A DNA stretch of 63,973 bases, filler included, from Reticulomyxa filosa (taxonomy: Eukaryota; Protista; Foraminifera): assembly GCA_000512085.1 (NCBI GenBank). It is 25 parts of 25 records of this genome, joined end to end, with 100 filler letters (N's around TTAATTAATTAA, not from the genome) between each part and the next. Parts side by side here need not be neighbours in the genome. Positions count along the whole stretch, not along the records: positions 12,844 to 14,902 come from ASPP01020519.1; positions 15,003 to 18,934 come from ASPP01001924.1; positions 19,035 to 20,595 come from ASPP01025601.1; positions 20,696 to 23,832 come from ASPP01028994.1; positions 23,933 to 26,211 come from ASPP01015105.1; positions 26,312 to 29,214 come from ASPP01021536.1; 19 more parts are not named here. One strand, written 5' to 3'. This document shows, in pieces, positions 13,877 to 27,871 of the stretch (the first letter of the stretch is position 1; each line of letters starts with the position of its first letter). The translations under genes and the position numbers were made by a program. Below the pieces are notes generated by a model. That model did no database searches. It saw only the letters and a program-made list of their open reading frames with translations, and was not told where the DNA came from.

Positions 13877-14297
13877 CTTAACCCTACCAAAGAGTTTATT
13901 AACTCTTTGCCCCCTCGACAAAGAAAATCAAACCAAATTTTTAGAATATACACTTAAAAAACTAGTTGTAGCAGCCGCACTTTGCAAATATTTTATTTTC
14001 GTTCTGGTGTAAGGCTTTTAACTTTTTAATGCCTTCTTTTTTCGTATGCCAAAACATCCGGCGAATATACTGTTTGTAAATATTTAAGAAAGTATTGTTG
14101 ATATGGGAAAAAAACCTTTGCAATGAAAAGTTAAATCATGCATGTTTTTGAAATGCGATATCAAAAAATGGTGTCATATGGCTTTATTCTTTGAAGTAAA
14201 CTCGAGTCCATCCAACCAAAAAGACTTCTTTTTCTTGAAACACTTTTGGATGGCAAAAAAAAACAAACAGGTAATTTTATGGTGTGTATTTTAATGA

Positions 14298-14902
14298 TTA
14301 TTGCCATGGTAGCCTTACATTGCCTTGATTACGACTTTGTCCACTGCTTCCAACATTTTGCGTATTCAAAGGCACATTATATCGATATCTAGGTGCGTTA
14401 TCACTGCTGCGATTGCCTTCAAATCGACCTTTTTTTAAATAATAGTTGTGTTGGTTATATTTATATTAAAAAAGTTTGAAGTATATTATTTGCTATCATT
14501 TCTAACTAACTGACTGACTACAAAAAAAAAGCTCAAAGATATTTCAAAATTGGAAGCCCCCCCTTTTTTTTTTTTACAACAACAAAACTCGAAGTTGAGG
14601 CATAGGTGGAATCGCTTCGATTATCAATGGACATTGGTTGTACATCATTGACTCTGCCATAAGTATTGAGATTGCTCATCATGGGACTTGGTCCAGGAGG
14701 CACAGCGCCATTGCTGAAGCCAACAGGACCCACCAAAGGATTCATGCCATTTTGGGGAAGAAAAACGCTCCCTGTGGACGGCCTCATGCCCGAGGGTATA
14801 GCCCCGCTATTGTTGCGCATAGGCATCATGTTAGACCTCATCGGATGGCGCATTTGGCGATTTCTTAGTCCAAGTTGTTTTTCGACCCCACGAAATCTTT
14901 TT
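14298..14902 (-). CDS. C-terminal exons of an M/P/G/N-rich low-complexity protein, 5' partial
   Basis: ORF 14853-14533 plus a terminal exon (RFEGNRSSDNAPRYRY...RLPWQ*) after a T-A(n)-G acceptor near 14429. Confidence 0.45.
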
Positions 14903-15540
14903 NNNNNNNNNNNNNNNNNNNNNNNNNNNNNNNNNNNNNNNNNNNNTTAATTAATTAANNNNNNNNNNNNNNNNNNNNNNNNNNNNNNNNNNNNNNNNNN
15001 NNTCAAAAGAAATTGAATAAGTCTGAATGCCTCTGTGATGTAGTTTTCCATGTGCTCATTATTTGTTGGTTGGAAATATTTTTGCCTTTTCCGATCGCCC
15101 AGATCTAGTGTCATCAACAAATTTGAGTGTTAATGAACATCAAAAGAAGGAGCTCCAACACAAGTACACAGCGAAGAAAGAGGGGAAAGAAAAACGATGT
15201 CTCCATGAATCTCTGGATATGGTTCATTTCACTAGCCACAAAACAAAAACAAAAAATTCAAACAATGTGCATCTAATGAAAGGACAATAGAAGAAAGTCC
15301 GATGGATAAATGATTTCTGGTGAGAATTGTTTGTGAATTAACTTGGAGTACTTAAAACAACAAAAACAAAAAGCTGTTTAAAATTTCCAAACAAACAAAA
15401 AATTGGTTCACTGTTGTTGAACCCTCTCACGAGACTACTCCAAACAAGACAATTTAGAAATAAAGAAACAAAAAGAAAGAGGAAAAAAAAAAGATGGTTG
15501 AAAATACTACGTGACTGAAGAGAGAAAAAGTGTTTAAGAG

Positions 15541-16384
15541 TTAACCAGTAATGTGTGATTTGATGACAGTTTTATTTTTTTTAGAAACTGTTTTGCTTGT
15601 CTTTTCATAATTTTTCATGACCAGTATTCCACTGGTGATCTCATTTAAGTTGGTCTCTAACACCATCCCTCCCATTACAATTTCGTCCAAAATGTTGTTT
15701 ACTTCATCAAATCGGAACACAATATCTAATTCACAAACATTCTCAAATCTTTGGTCTAATGCCTCCACAAACACTTGAATCAAATCCAATATGCCTATTA
15801 ATATTATATTCATATTAGTTTTTATACTATTCAAATATTTGACTGTATACATCTAGATAAGCATCGTCTTATTGTAAGTGACACAAGAGTACATGCACTA
15901 CAAAATAAAATGGATACATATTCGAAGGTATTAAAAAGCTAACCTAATTCACTTTCTGATTGATCGACCAGAAAAATAAAAAACAGAGTGGCGTAGTGTC
16001 GATAAATTAATTTGCTGTCAAAGAATTCTGCCAATTCTTTCTCTTCTTTGATTTTTTGAATTTGTGCATCTTTCTTTGGATCAATTTTATCTTCATCACT
16101 ATTTTTTTTGGAAAAATTTTGATCAATTTTTGAAGGGAGAAAAAAAAAATCAATAGTTCTTTTTTTTTTTACATGACTGCTGCGGATACTTTGTCCATAC
16201 TCTTGTACTTTTCTTGCCATGTTTTTGAAGGTTCAACAAAGTTACACACTGCATCAGTACGTTTGGAGACTATGGCAAACACATCCCGAATAATCTGCTG
16301 CTGTTTTTGTTGACTAATTTTTGTGTAAAAACGGGCCAAGCGAACTTTCCCGTGGTTATTGATTATCAAGATGCCTTTGATCAT
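15541..16384 (-). CDS. AP3S: AP-3 adaptor complex sigma subunit, 3 exons
   Basis: Exons 16384-16173, 16098-15944, 15794-15541. MIKGILIINNHGKVRLARFY, IYRHYATLFF and ESELGILDLIQVFVEALD..FENVCELD..MGGMVLETN are sigma-3 signatures. Confidence 0.95.
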
Positions 16385-16794
16385 GCCTCCCTAAGATAAA
16401 AATGGCGAAAAGTTTTATCGTGGTGGGAACGTGCAGTTCCTTTCGCACTGATCCAGTACTTCTAAAAGTCAAATTAAAAGTACCTTAATTTCAATGTTGA
16501 TCAGTATATATGATTTTAAGCAAATACAATTCAAATAATCATTTCCTGTGGTTTAAAAGTGTACTTGAGAATTTAACTGAAAGAACTACAAACATATTTA
16601 CTTGTTGATAAAATTTGAAAGTGAAAACAATGAAGCAGTGATTGGACTTGCTTTGGTTATTTTACTGTTTTACTTTACTGTATAATCTTAATTTAGTTAT
16701 TTGGTTTTTCTGAGTAGTGTAAGAAAAGGGTAACACGAGTTTTTTGTTCATATCAAAATTATATAATCTGTAATCAAAACTTTGGAGGAATCAA

Positions 16795-18934
16795 ATGTTT
16801 CATTGGAATAATTTATTGTTGCTGCTGTGTTTTTGTGTGCCTGCCCTACATGGACAAGATGTCCTCAAAGCAGAAATAGAAGCGAGTGGGAAAGTTGGTA
16901 CCACCGTAAAGTCTCCAGAAAAAACGGGGCCAATTGAAAACGAGAACAAAGAAGCAAGCTCTCAAATGGAATCTCTGACGACCAAGATCAATCAGCTCCA
17001 AAGTATAGCCGAGCAGCAGCAGCGGATGATTCACAAAATGAACGAATCACTTTTGCAGCTTGCATATATTGGAGAGCAATACAATACGGCGTATCAATCG
17101 ACAGTGGAGCCAACACTTGGAGTATTATCTTCCGTCGATGCACATTCACAGCCATTCACCATGATCCACGTATCGGCAGTGAAGCTACCAGACCGAGACA
17201 CATTATCCCTTCAGATATCAGCAAGTTTACCAGCAAAAAAAAAAAAAAACAAAATAAACACCAAATTCAAAACATTGATTTCAACAGAACACAATTTTTT
17301 TTTTTTGTAATATAGAATTTGGCCATATAAAAAAAGAGATATTGTCCATGTTATTGTCACATTAACTGAAACGGGCACACTCCAAGTTTTGCAGAAAGGG
17401 AGAGAAGTGCAAGGTTTGCAACGTGCAAGGCACATACGTATAAGTTGTAAAAGTATACGTATACGTTGCAAAAGTATAGAGTGTGTATGTGTATGTGGTA
17501 TGCAATCTGGAAACAATGATACACAAATAAATAAAACGATTGAACTCCCGCCTCCCCCCTCCTCCCTCCTCCCTCCTCTTCCTCCTCCTCCAACACCAGA
17601 TATGGGATGAATATCAATCGCTGCTGTATACGTTGCCAGCACAGAAGCACAACTGGAAGAGCCAGTCGGGAATGGGTCGTTGCAAAAGCGTCGTGAGCGA
17701 TATCAATCATGACAGCAACAAAGGTGGGACGTGGTTGGTATTGGGGTGCACGGATGACTCCTTTATAAACGTGTACGAAATCGCCGCATGGAGATCGCAA
17801 AAGCAGATTTATGCTGGCGTTAGTGTCTTCCAAAACGATATCACCGCGATAATCACGTGGAGACAAACCTTACATTTACCAGCGAACAGCACTTGCGACT
17901 CTTACAAAGAAGGGGATGCTATGTCGCCACAACACGAAACCACTGGGTCCAATTATATACATATACATACATATACATACATATACATACATATACATAT
18001 ACATACATATACACACATACATATATATATACATATATATATATATATGTATACGTATATACATTTATGTCGAATCTTTTTCTCTTCCACTCCTTTTTTT
18101 TTTTAAAAAAAAAAAGGAGTGTAAACATATACTACTGCACGAAAGTTTGGAGCTACTTCTTTTCTCTTTCTCCTTTTTTTGAATACGTATATCCACTAAA
18201 AAATACGGATGTAAACTATAGAGGTAGTCAAGTCGTGTCGAGCATGCAGTTGATGACAGCTTACAAACGACGGTATGTGATAGTGGGAACTAACAAAGGA
18301 AGGATATACCATTACCCGGTGGGCGGTAGTAATGAAGAGCCAGGCGAATTGAACGTGGAGGTGTATATCAATCCCAATAACAACAGCGCGGCGATTTTGC
18401 ATCTCCGACAAGCATTTCACAAACATGGCATGGTATATGTGACTGCGTTTGGTTGGCAAATAATCAACGCATTGAGATCGGAAGATAGCGGGGAGTTTTG
18501 TCGCTTTGATGACGACGGCAATGCATTTCGCATTAGCAGTGCCATCACTGACAAAAGCACGGGAAAAAGTTTATTATACGTTGCCACTGCAAACGGAGAA
18601 TTGCTTGTCTATGACCTCAAACAAAACCATAAACGAGGCCAACCTTGTCTACCTGTCCATCGCATCTTCGTTGTCAATCGTTTGTCGCCATTAAGTCTGC
18701 AAATAATCCCAAATCATTTGTTAGTTGCCACTGATTCCGAGTTGTACGTATACCATGTTAAGTGGCTCTTTAAAAAAAAAAAAAAAGGAGCTCATCGGAA
18801 CTTTACTATACGGAAATACAATCCTTTTTTGTTTGATTGGTTGTTTTCTACTTATAAATAAATAAATATAAATAAACAAATGTATGTAATGCGTATGTGT
18901 ATACGTTAGCAAGCACAAACCAAAAAGTACGAAT
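16795..18934 (+). CDS. Signal-peptide protein with a coiled coil and beta-propeller-like repeats; multi-exon, 3' partial
   Basis: Hydrophobic N-terminus [20 protein letters not shown], coiled coil [12 protein letters not shown], and blade-like motifs [43 protein letters not shown]. 'VSAVKL' recalls plant At1g75140-like proteins (from memory). Confidence 0.6.
17955..18066. repeat. Intronic (CATA/TA)n alternating purine-pyrimidine microsatellite
   Basis: Directly visible; it produces spurious YIHI/MYVY ORFs. Confidence 0.9.
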
Positions 18935-20700
18935 NNNNNNNNNNNNNNNNNNNNNNNNNNNNNNNNNNNNNNNNNNNNTTAATTAATTAANNNNNNNNNN
19001 NNNNNNNNNNNNNNNNNNNNNNNNNNNNNNNNNNTGTACCAAAAATGACTACTATTTTTAAAGATTAAAAAAGAAAAATAAAATTGAAGCGTCCAAACCA
19101 ATTCAGGACGTTAGTCATTTGATTTTTTTATTATCAATTCAAAACTTGAACTTTAAGTTTTGTTGAGCTCACTTTTAAACGTTACCTATGGAAGGAATTT
19201 GTTAAAGTGACTTTCCAAAGATAATCTTAAATTATTACAATGTGTGAATTATTTGATAATGATCGATAAATAATGTTTTAGAAGAAAGTTTGACAGAAAT
19301 GCATACCCAAAGAAAATATGTTCAAGAAAAAAAAATGATGGAAACTACATTTTCTTTCTTTTGTGTTTGAAAAAATTTAAGATAACTGATATTTTACGTT
19401 AAAATCCAAGATTGCAAGAAATAACAGATATGAAAGTAGTTTTTGTTACAATCATACTTTGGTTGATATCCATTATAGGGAATTATTGTTTTTTTTTATT
19501 ATTAAGGAAGAAAAACATGAGGATATCCTTTTATTTATGTACAATCAAATCAAGACAAGTGGATTATGTCCATGTTTTTTTCAATGAAAAAAAATTCTAA
19601 ACAGTGTTTTATCATTGCAGTTTATAACAGGGACAATTCATTTAACATATTTCTCACAAATATTTTGAAAGATATCATAACCAAAAGAAAAAGTGAAAAA
19701 CTTGAGTGATTAATTGAAAACTAAAATAGTCTCATTCAAACATAGAATATTTGCTACCTTGCAAACATGTCTCATATAAAAGAGTTGAAATTACAACAAA
19801 AGTTCTTACTCCAAAATAAAACATAGTTTAGTTCTTATGAAAAGCAAATTGGATATTGACAAAGGGATTAACCATAATAACAATTATTTATGGATTTAAG
19901 TAATTGTTGTTGAACGGAATTGAATTGAGACAAAAAAAAAAAAAAAAAAAGATAACACGTCTTAACAATTGACATCTATATTTTGCAAGTATTGTGTCTC
20001 AATGACAATCAACCTTAATTTAGTTTATGTTATCTAAAGTGATCTAAATGAGAAATGACATGTGATATATGCTTATCATATCAAAGTACATTTTAAATGC
20101 AACATAATATTAAAAAATTGGTATTTATTATTATCTACATTAAGATGCAGTTGAAAGTTAGTTTTTATTGCAATCATATTCTGTTTTATGAGAACCAAAC
20201 AAAATAATAGATGTACACTTTATCATAACTCAGCATATTCTCAAAACAATTACTGTCTTTGCGCTACCAATTTGTTATTGCACGTTCATAGATTTGGATT
20301 TCGACGTAAAAAGTCAATTGTCTTAAGTTAGTTGAACACAAAAGAAAGAAATGTACTTCCCAGCGAGGATGATATCAATTCGGGGTAGTTTTCAAAATAA
20401 ATTTTGAACGTTGAGTCTCTTCACTCTTTTTTGTTGAACTTGTCGTCTTCAAGCATGTGTTTGTTACAACGCAATCAATTACCATTATATCAGCAATTAA
20501 AATTAAAATTCTTTTCAAAATTTTGTTTTTGGGCAATAATGTTGATCACAATTTGTTCCAAAAAACATTATCAAATTTCTTCAAAAATGCTCACTNNNNN
20601 NNNNNNNNNNNNNNNNNNNNNNNNNNNNNNNNNNNNNNNTTAATTAATTAANNNNNNNNNNNNNNNNNNNNNNNNNNNNNNNNNNNNNNNNNNNNAAGGT

Positions 20701-20738
<38 letters not shown>

Positions 20739-20887
20739 TACTTGTTTTTCTTTCAACAGCTTTAGGTGCGCGCATGCGCGTGTTCTGAATTTGTGTGTTG
20801 TGAGGTCACTAGCTCGAATCACACTTTTTTTTTCTCTTCCTTCCCCCTCCCCTTCCACGCATACACACATTGTAATTCATATTATAG

Positions 20888-21652
20888 TCATATTCAATGT
20901 CTTGGGGACGCCAAGCAAAGAGGAAATTGTAAAAATGTGCCATCCTCAATTTCGTGATCAGTTATCAAAAATCAAACCTATTTCTCCTGCTAAAATTCAA
21001 AGTGTGTTCCCGGGATTACCTGACGATGATGAATTGTGCAGTTTGTTCTCTCTCTCTCTTTATTTATTTATTTGTTTATTATAGTCAAATTTAGTCGATT
21101 TAATCTATCTGTCCTTTTTTTTTTCCCTTGCTCGTTTGGATAAAATAATGTTTGGTTGTGTACCAAATGCAACTTTAGAACAATACTTCATGAGTGAAAA
21201 AAAAGTTCGCCGAGCATTGGATTTGTTGCTTCGATTTTTGCAGTATGACGTGGAGAAACGCATTTCTGCTGAAGATGCGTTGAAACATTTGTATTTTGAA
21301 CGTGTTAGGGATCCACAATTAGAAATCAAACATCCTCCGGTACATTTTAATTTTGAAGATGAAAATTTGGACGAGTGGACAATTCGCAGTTTGGTTTTTG
21401 TTTGTTTTTTTCCTTTCATAATTTCCTTTTCCTCTGTCATTTCCCAAATGTCCGCACATTACAACTCTTTTTTTTTTTAAAAAAAAATTGGAGTGGTATT
21501 TTTCCTCAAAAAAAAAAAAACTTTGGCAACACTCTTGCACTTTTTGTATTGCTTTACACTTTTTAATAGAGATGATACTGGAGCAAATCTCTAATTTTAA
21601 CGAAGCGGATTCCATTAGTAACAGAACTTTTCGTGAATCGTGCTTAGTTTAA
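20888..21652 (+). CDS. MAP kinase, C-terminal 3 exons, 5' partial
   Basis: HIFNVLGTPSKEEI, ALDLLLRFLQYDVEKRISAEDALKHLYF, then the CD-domain region RDPQLE..FNFEDENLD..IRKMILEQI. Confidence 0.9.
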
Positions 21653-22932
21653 GTAAAGAAATTGTGTTGTTTGGTTTATGCCTTTCTATTGTATGTTGTT
21701 TTTTTATTTCGGTTTTTGTGCTTTGGTTTTCTTGTTTGGTTTTGTTTTGCTGATCATCTCCATGTTACTGTCACTCATTAAGTTTGCACTAACTGTATTT
21801 GATAATTTTCTTTTTTTTTGTTCCGTTTTTATTTTGTTTATTTTTTTCTCCCTATCTTTTTACTTTGTTGTGGACAAAACAATGAAAGTTTTCAAAATCG
21901 CCATGAACATCCGAGCGAACAAAGATGTGGTTCTTTTCCCGTTTTTTTTTCTTTTTTTTTCCCTTTTTTTTTTCTCTTTTTTTTCTTTTGGTAATATTAA
22001 TCACTTCTTTTGTTTTTGACGTGACGGCGATGGTGATTACCTGTTCATCGGTGACTTTTTTTATTTGTTTGTTCATTGTTTATGTAAAGCCTTGACTTTT
22101 GCGACAAAAGTCTAAGGTGAAGCATCTTATTTTTAATTGGTTGAGGTAAAAGATGGCGTTGTGGCTCATTCAAGAAAAGGCACTTCTCAATTCAAATGTG
22201 GGCAATTGCTTTGTCTTTTTACACCACAAAAATTACTTAAATTAACGAGCATACTCGTAAAATCATGTGACTATCACTTTTGCAATTCTTTGTAGGCATT
22301 TATGTTGCTTTGAGAATGGCATCCTTGGACACACATCGGTTTTATTTATCTTGTTAGTGATTGTCGAAATAAATTCGGTCTTTGCATTAGCGTGAATTCT
22401 CAGTTGTATTGTTTTTTGCTTTAATCGATCATTTCCTTCAAATCTACATTTTCCTTTTAGTTACAAATTTTATTTAACATATAACGGGATACTGGACTGC
22501 ATTGATATTATTGTGCCAGTGAGGATCTTCACAAACTCGAACTATGGACAGCAATAAATAAAAATCTAGTTTTTAATTTTTGAAAACACAACTCATTAAA
22601 AGCAGATGTTGTAGTACTTTGCAATGAGGTTTTGATATGCACAAATATACAAAACTGGTCAAAACAAAAAGAAAAACATTCACAAAACTCAACAAAAACA
22701 AATGCCGTCAATGGCACTGGTGCAAAACTCACAAACGTTTTTACGCAAACAACAACGGTACAATACAGACGAATGAGAAAAAAAGAAATTCTTTGTGTGG
22801 AGTTTTTTTTTAAAATGTAAGTTTATTGAAACAGGATCGATGACTTTGTTGCAAAGAACATACTTCTTTCATTTAAGCATGTCATGATAGTTACAATACA
22901 CTTTTATATTTTGAACTGGCAACTGATCCTAT

Positions 22933-23788
22933 TTAACTCTTGGACGAACTAGCATTTGTTGTGCTTTTAGTGGAGTCAGAGGTCATGGTTGTATTCGTGG
23001 ACGATTCTTGGGAGTTTTTCGTGCTGCTCGAATTTTTATCACTTGCTTTTTTTTCATCAGCTAATTTCTCTATCTCACAGCAAACTCTCAAATGTCTTTC
23101 ATGTGTTTAATCATGACATATATAATTAGATATGTGTTTGTCCATAGTGAGTAGCAAAAAAAGTATTCCTAGACCGTCGCACCTTGCTCTTCTAGTTCTT
23201 TTATCATTCGTTGAATTTCTTCTGAATTCATATCGAGGCCACGTTTGAAAGTGTATCCCCAGAAATGATTTTTATCTGTTCAGTGTTCCAGTTCCCCCCC
23301 CCCCCAAAAAAAAAATTATACAAAAGAGGGCTTGAAAATAAAAGTCGGAGTGAACAAAAAGGTACTATGAACAGAATGGAAAACAAGACAAACCAGTAGT
23401 TTTTGATGATTTGTATTCTTGTTTATGCTGATCCACGGCTTGTTGGGATTCAACTTTTTCAAAGTGAGAAGCATCAGTTTCATGTTTTAATTTGGGAACA
23501 AATGGTGGCTTCATACTTATCAAATTGTCCCATGGACATTCTTTAAAAAACGCATGTTTTTTTAGTTCATCAAATCCATATCTCCTTCGAGCCGAACAAA
23601 TCAAATTGTGGATCATCTCCTTGCATTCTTCCGTCAAAGACGAGTCTGAAGGAATGCGGAAATAGCGTCGAAAGTGAACTATTTTGCGGCAAGTGGCCAG
23701 CGGATCTTCTGCATAAAAGGGTGGAAATCCAACACAACACTCATACATTATCACTCCCAATGACCACCAGTCTACTTTTTTATCGTAC
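22933..23788 (-). CDS. NDR/LATS-family AGC kinase, C-terminal 3 exons, 5' partial
   Basis: VDWWSLGVIMYECCVGFPPFYAEDPLATCRKIV, PPFVPKL..ETDASHF, and the hydrophobic motif FWGYTFKR. Confidence 0.9.
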
Positions 23789-23969
23789 CTTTTCAAACCA
23801 ATCAAAAAAAAAAAAAAAAAAAAAAAAAAAAANNNNNNNNNNNNNNNNNNNNNNNNNNNNNNNNNNNNNNNNNNNNTTAATTAATTAANNNNNNNNNNNN
23901 NNNNNNNNNNNNNNNNNNNNNNNNNNNNNNNNACAAACAAACAAAATAAATAATAAGACATGGAAATCA

Positions 23970-25321
23970 GCAAAAGGAGAAGTTGGAGCGGCAGTTGACT
24001 ACGCATTGGACGCGGGATATTTGCACGTCGACTGTGCAATGGTATATGGAAATGAAAAAGAAATCGGAGAGATTTTCAAAAAAAAAATTGGAACCACAAT
24101 AAAACGTTCGGATTTGTTCGTGACAAGTAAATTGTGGAATACGTATCACCATCCGGACGACGTGGCCAAAGCATTGAAAAAGACATTGGCAGATTTACAT
24201 TTGGATTACCTGTTAACATTTTTTTTATTTTTTTTGTAAATGTTATAAATTATCATCATTATATACGTAACCTGTATAATAAAATGTTATACGGTAAAAA
24301 ACGTATACTGATTGTTTTTCCCATTAAAAAAAAAATAAAAAAATAAAAATGGGGGGCTTTACGTAACACAGCGACTTATATTTGATTCATTGGCCGTTGA
24401 CGTTCGAACGGGGTGACAATTTCTTCCCTTTGAATCAAGACGGGTCGATGAGATATGGAGAGGCGTACCCCTTGGAATCGACGTGGAAAGCCATGGAACA
24501 ATGTGTCGAAACAGGGCTCACTCGACACATTGGTCTGTCCAATTTCAATTCAAAGCAGGTGTTTTTTTTTGTTATTGGTTGACAATAATAAACAAATATG
24601 TTTATATTATCATCGTAGCATTTATCAATCCAAATATTGTGTTGTTGCAAATTAAAGATAGCACACATATTGAAAACGGCGAAAATTCGTCCGGCTGTTT
24701 TGCAATGCGAATCGCACCCTTACTTCACTCAAGAGAAATTGGTCCATTTTTGCAAGGACAATGGCATCGTATTTACTGCGTATTCGCCGCTGGGCTCTCG
24801 TGATCGTCCTTGGGCAAAACCAACTGATCCTTCCTTATTTGACGATCCTTTGTTGAAAGATATTGCCAAATCCAAAAGCACTGGCGTTGCCAATGTTCGT
24901 TTTTTTTTTGTTTTTTACTCCCTTACTTATCCTTCCCCCCCCCCTCTTTTCTTAAAAACGTACATTTTTCTTAAATCGAACATAAAATGTTTTCGATCTT
25001 TCTGTTCCCCTTTTTTTATTTCGAGCTTTCATATCACTTTATTTTTTATTTTTTTTTTGTGTTTATGTATGTACTTTTTAGGTATTAATCCGCTTTCAAA
25101 TCCAACGCGGACATATAGTATTGCCAAAGTCGACCCAAAAGACACGACTTAAGAGTAACTTGGAAGTATGGCACTTTGAGTTGAGTGATGAAGAAATGCG
25201 AGCGATCGGTTCATTGAATCGCAACTGGCGGGCGTGTCTTCCGGTAATTCAATTGCCCGATGGCACTACTACCTCAAGAGATGCCAAACATCCTTTCTGG
25301 CCATTTGCCGAGGAGTTTTAG
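23970..25321 (+). CDS. Aldo-keto reductase (AKR1A/B-like), 4 exons, 5' partial
   Basis: [54 protein letters not shown]. The catalytic D-Y-K-H tetrad is present and the introns join in phase. Confidence 0.95.
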
Positions 25322-25690
25322 GCTTTTCTTGTACTCCCTTCTTCTATCCTCTCTCTACTGGGATTTTGAAAGATGGCCAAGTTTATAATGCCATCACAAA
25401 TCCTTTTATAATTTTTATTTTTTGAAAAAAATTTATTAGGTACTATAGTCTTGAAAAAAATAATTAATCAAACGGTTAAAAATATTAAGAAAATGCAATA
25501 TAACTTTCCACCTTTTACTCAAAGTTGCTCAGAAGTAAATTCTATTTTGTGGACCACACGTCAAACAAAACTTTTTCTGTGTTGATGTGTTAATATTAAA
25601 AGTTGCTTATTTAATAAGGTGAATTGATATCTACCAGCCAAAGGGGGAAAATATAAGTTTTTTTTTTTGGAATCGGAAATTTATAAAGGG

Positions 25691-26108
25691 ATGTCTTGCT
25701 CCACCACCCAAAGTAATGATATTGAAGATTTCTCCAGTGATTTGGGAGAAGCACCAGTAACTACACAATCTCGTTCGACTTTGGAAACAACGGACAAGAT
25801 CAAGCAGCCTGAAGACATTGAGCAAGACCGGCAATTGGTGTCAGAATTGAGCACGTTGAATGGGGGTGTTCCAGGATCGCACCGAATATTTGTAAAAACA
25901 TGGGGCTGTTCACATAATTGGTCGGATAGTGAGTACATGGCAGGGATTTTAGCAAAGCAGGGCTACCATGTAACAATGAAAGACGAAGAGAGCGAAGACA
26001 CAGATATTTGGATTCTGAATAGTTGCACCGTAAAAGGAAGAGCACAAAATCTGTTTGAGTCTGCGTTAAAAAAAGCAAGATCTTTGAACAAGCACATTGT
26101 AGCAGCAG
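25691..26108 (+). CDS. CDKAL1: tRNA t6A methylthiotransferase CDKAL1, first exon (UPF0004 domain), 3' partial
   Basis: DIED, IFVKTWGCSHNWSDSEYMAGIL, WILNSCTVK, IVAAG. Confidence 0.92.
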
Positions 26109-26615
26109 GTTTGTCTTTGTGAATTTTTGTTTGTTTATTTAAAGAAAAGGAAGGAGAAAAAGTAAAGGAAAATTCTGTGGAAATTTCTATCTTTTGTATT
26201 AAAAAAAAAAANNNNNNNNNNNNNNNNNNNNNNNNNNNNNNNNNNNNNNNNNNNNTTAATTAATTAANNNNNNNNNNNNNNNNNNNNNNNNNNNNNNNNN
26301 NNNNNNNNNNNCCTTTTCTTGTCGGGTATCTAATCTCCACTTTTGTCATCTTTTTTTTTTTGCTTGTCTCTTCGATGAGCAATTAAAAAAAAAGTTATCA
26401 ATTGAAGTAAATGCAATCAACCTTTTTTTCCCTTTGGTGTAATGTCTTTTTTCCCAGCATTTCTAATTTGAATGAAATTCTATGCCTGTTTCATTTCTCT
26501 CAAACCGTATTCACAAAAAAAACAAACAAACAAACAATTTTGTCCTACACTATGTCTCGCAGCTTGTTTCTGTGCTGGAAAAGAAAGGGAAAAACCAAAA
26601 AAAAAATTATCAGCA

Positions 26616-27408
26616 ATGGTGATCAAGGTCGCTTATGGGCCAACGCCCAATATCCGCCTTATACCAAAACGGCATCCAAGACGCTACCAGATCACTAAAC
26701 CGGGGCGTGGTGTTCCCCACATGGTAAAGAATAAATGGACACGACTGTTCCGTGTGTTTAATCGTGAAAAATACACAAATTGGTTCGGGAACTCTCGCTT
26801 TATTATGCTCGTCAATTTGGAAAAAACTGATAAGTATTTTATCCACCCTTATCTGACTAAATTACGACCTTTAGGATGCAACATGATCGCCACTAAACAA
26901 GATGACGCCTTTATTGTATTAAAAGTTAAGTGCGTATTCCATAAATCATATTTCATCTTTGTAGAGATGGATCAAAATGTTCTGGAAATTTTTTTCCAAA
27001 AAAAAAACAAAAAAACAGCACATGGGTTTAGAAGCTCTAGGTAACGCATTGAAGACTTCATATGTGTACCCAACAATGCTGGTGTACGCTTATGGTAACG
27101 AATATTCTCCTTTGGGAAATCTAGAGACTTTGCCTTTGTTAAAACAAATAATACAAATATTCAGTGACACCAAACGAAAGCCACACGAATACATAGTGGC
27201 AGGAGCCATTGATAAACAAGTTTTGTCTGCAAATGAATTAGTCAAACTATTGGACATGAATGATCCTGTTGACTATTGGCAAGGGCTTGGTTCACAACTT
27301 AATTCTTGTCTTACCAGTGTCCCGGCAATTTTGAACGCACCTTCAATACAATTGGTTAATTTATTGCAATATTACCAAAATCATGGGTTTACTGATAAAA
27401 CCACTTGA
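26616..27408 (+). CDS. Probable mitochondrial ribosomal protein uL10m, 2 exons
   Basis: Basic N-terminal extension, F.NSRFIMLVN, PTMLVY, VAGAIDKQVLSANELVKL, and amphipathic C-terminal L12-binding-like helices. The intron ~26925-27018 joins in frame. Confidence 0.6.
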
Positions 27409-27871
27409 GTTTGATTTAATTTTCAACCTTAGCTTGGGAGGGCAAAGGGGGGGGGAAAAAAAGTGTCAAATCCTCAGATAAACCTTTTTTTTTTTGTTCT
27501 TATATTTTGTGCCAAAGCCTAAATTGGCAGTAAAAAAAACCTAATCTCTCTGTTGATCAAATTTTTTTTAACAAAAATTTAATATTTGGCCCCATCGATT
27601 GATACTCTAACAATTCCACCAGCCAAAACAAGACAAAACATAGAAATGAAAGACTTTGTTGACAAAAACAAGCAAAGCACACTTACATTCAACAATTCAA
27701 ATCCACAAAACAAATGAACCACAACCCCTCCCCTCCTAGAAATGAAAAATGTCAAACAGAAAATCATTGTTGAACTAAGTGAGATATGACATGCGAAAAA
27801 CTCACAACAACAAAAACAAATAACAAACAAGTTAGCGACAAAGAATATTTTTTTTGGAGAATAAAACAATT

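Noticed and set aside
19035-20595. Possible genes in AT-rich contigs (also 54106-55115 and 30100-31304)
   Set aside because: Only short, stop-interrupted frames without motifs; no tRNA, rRNA or CRISPR-like structure seen.
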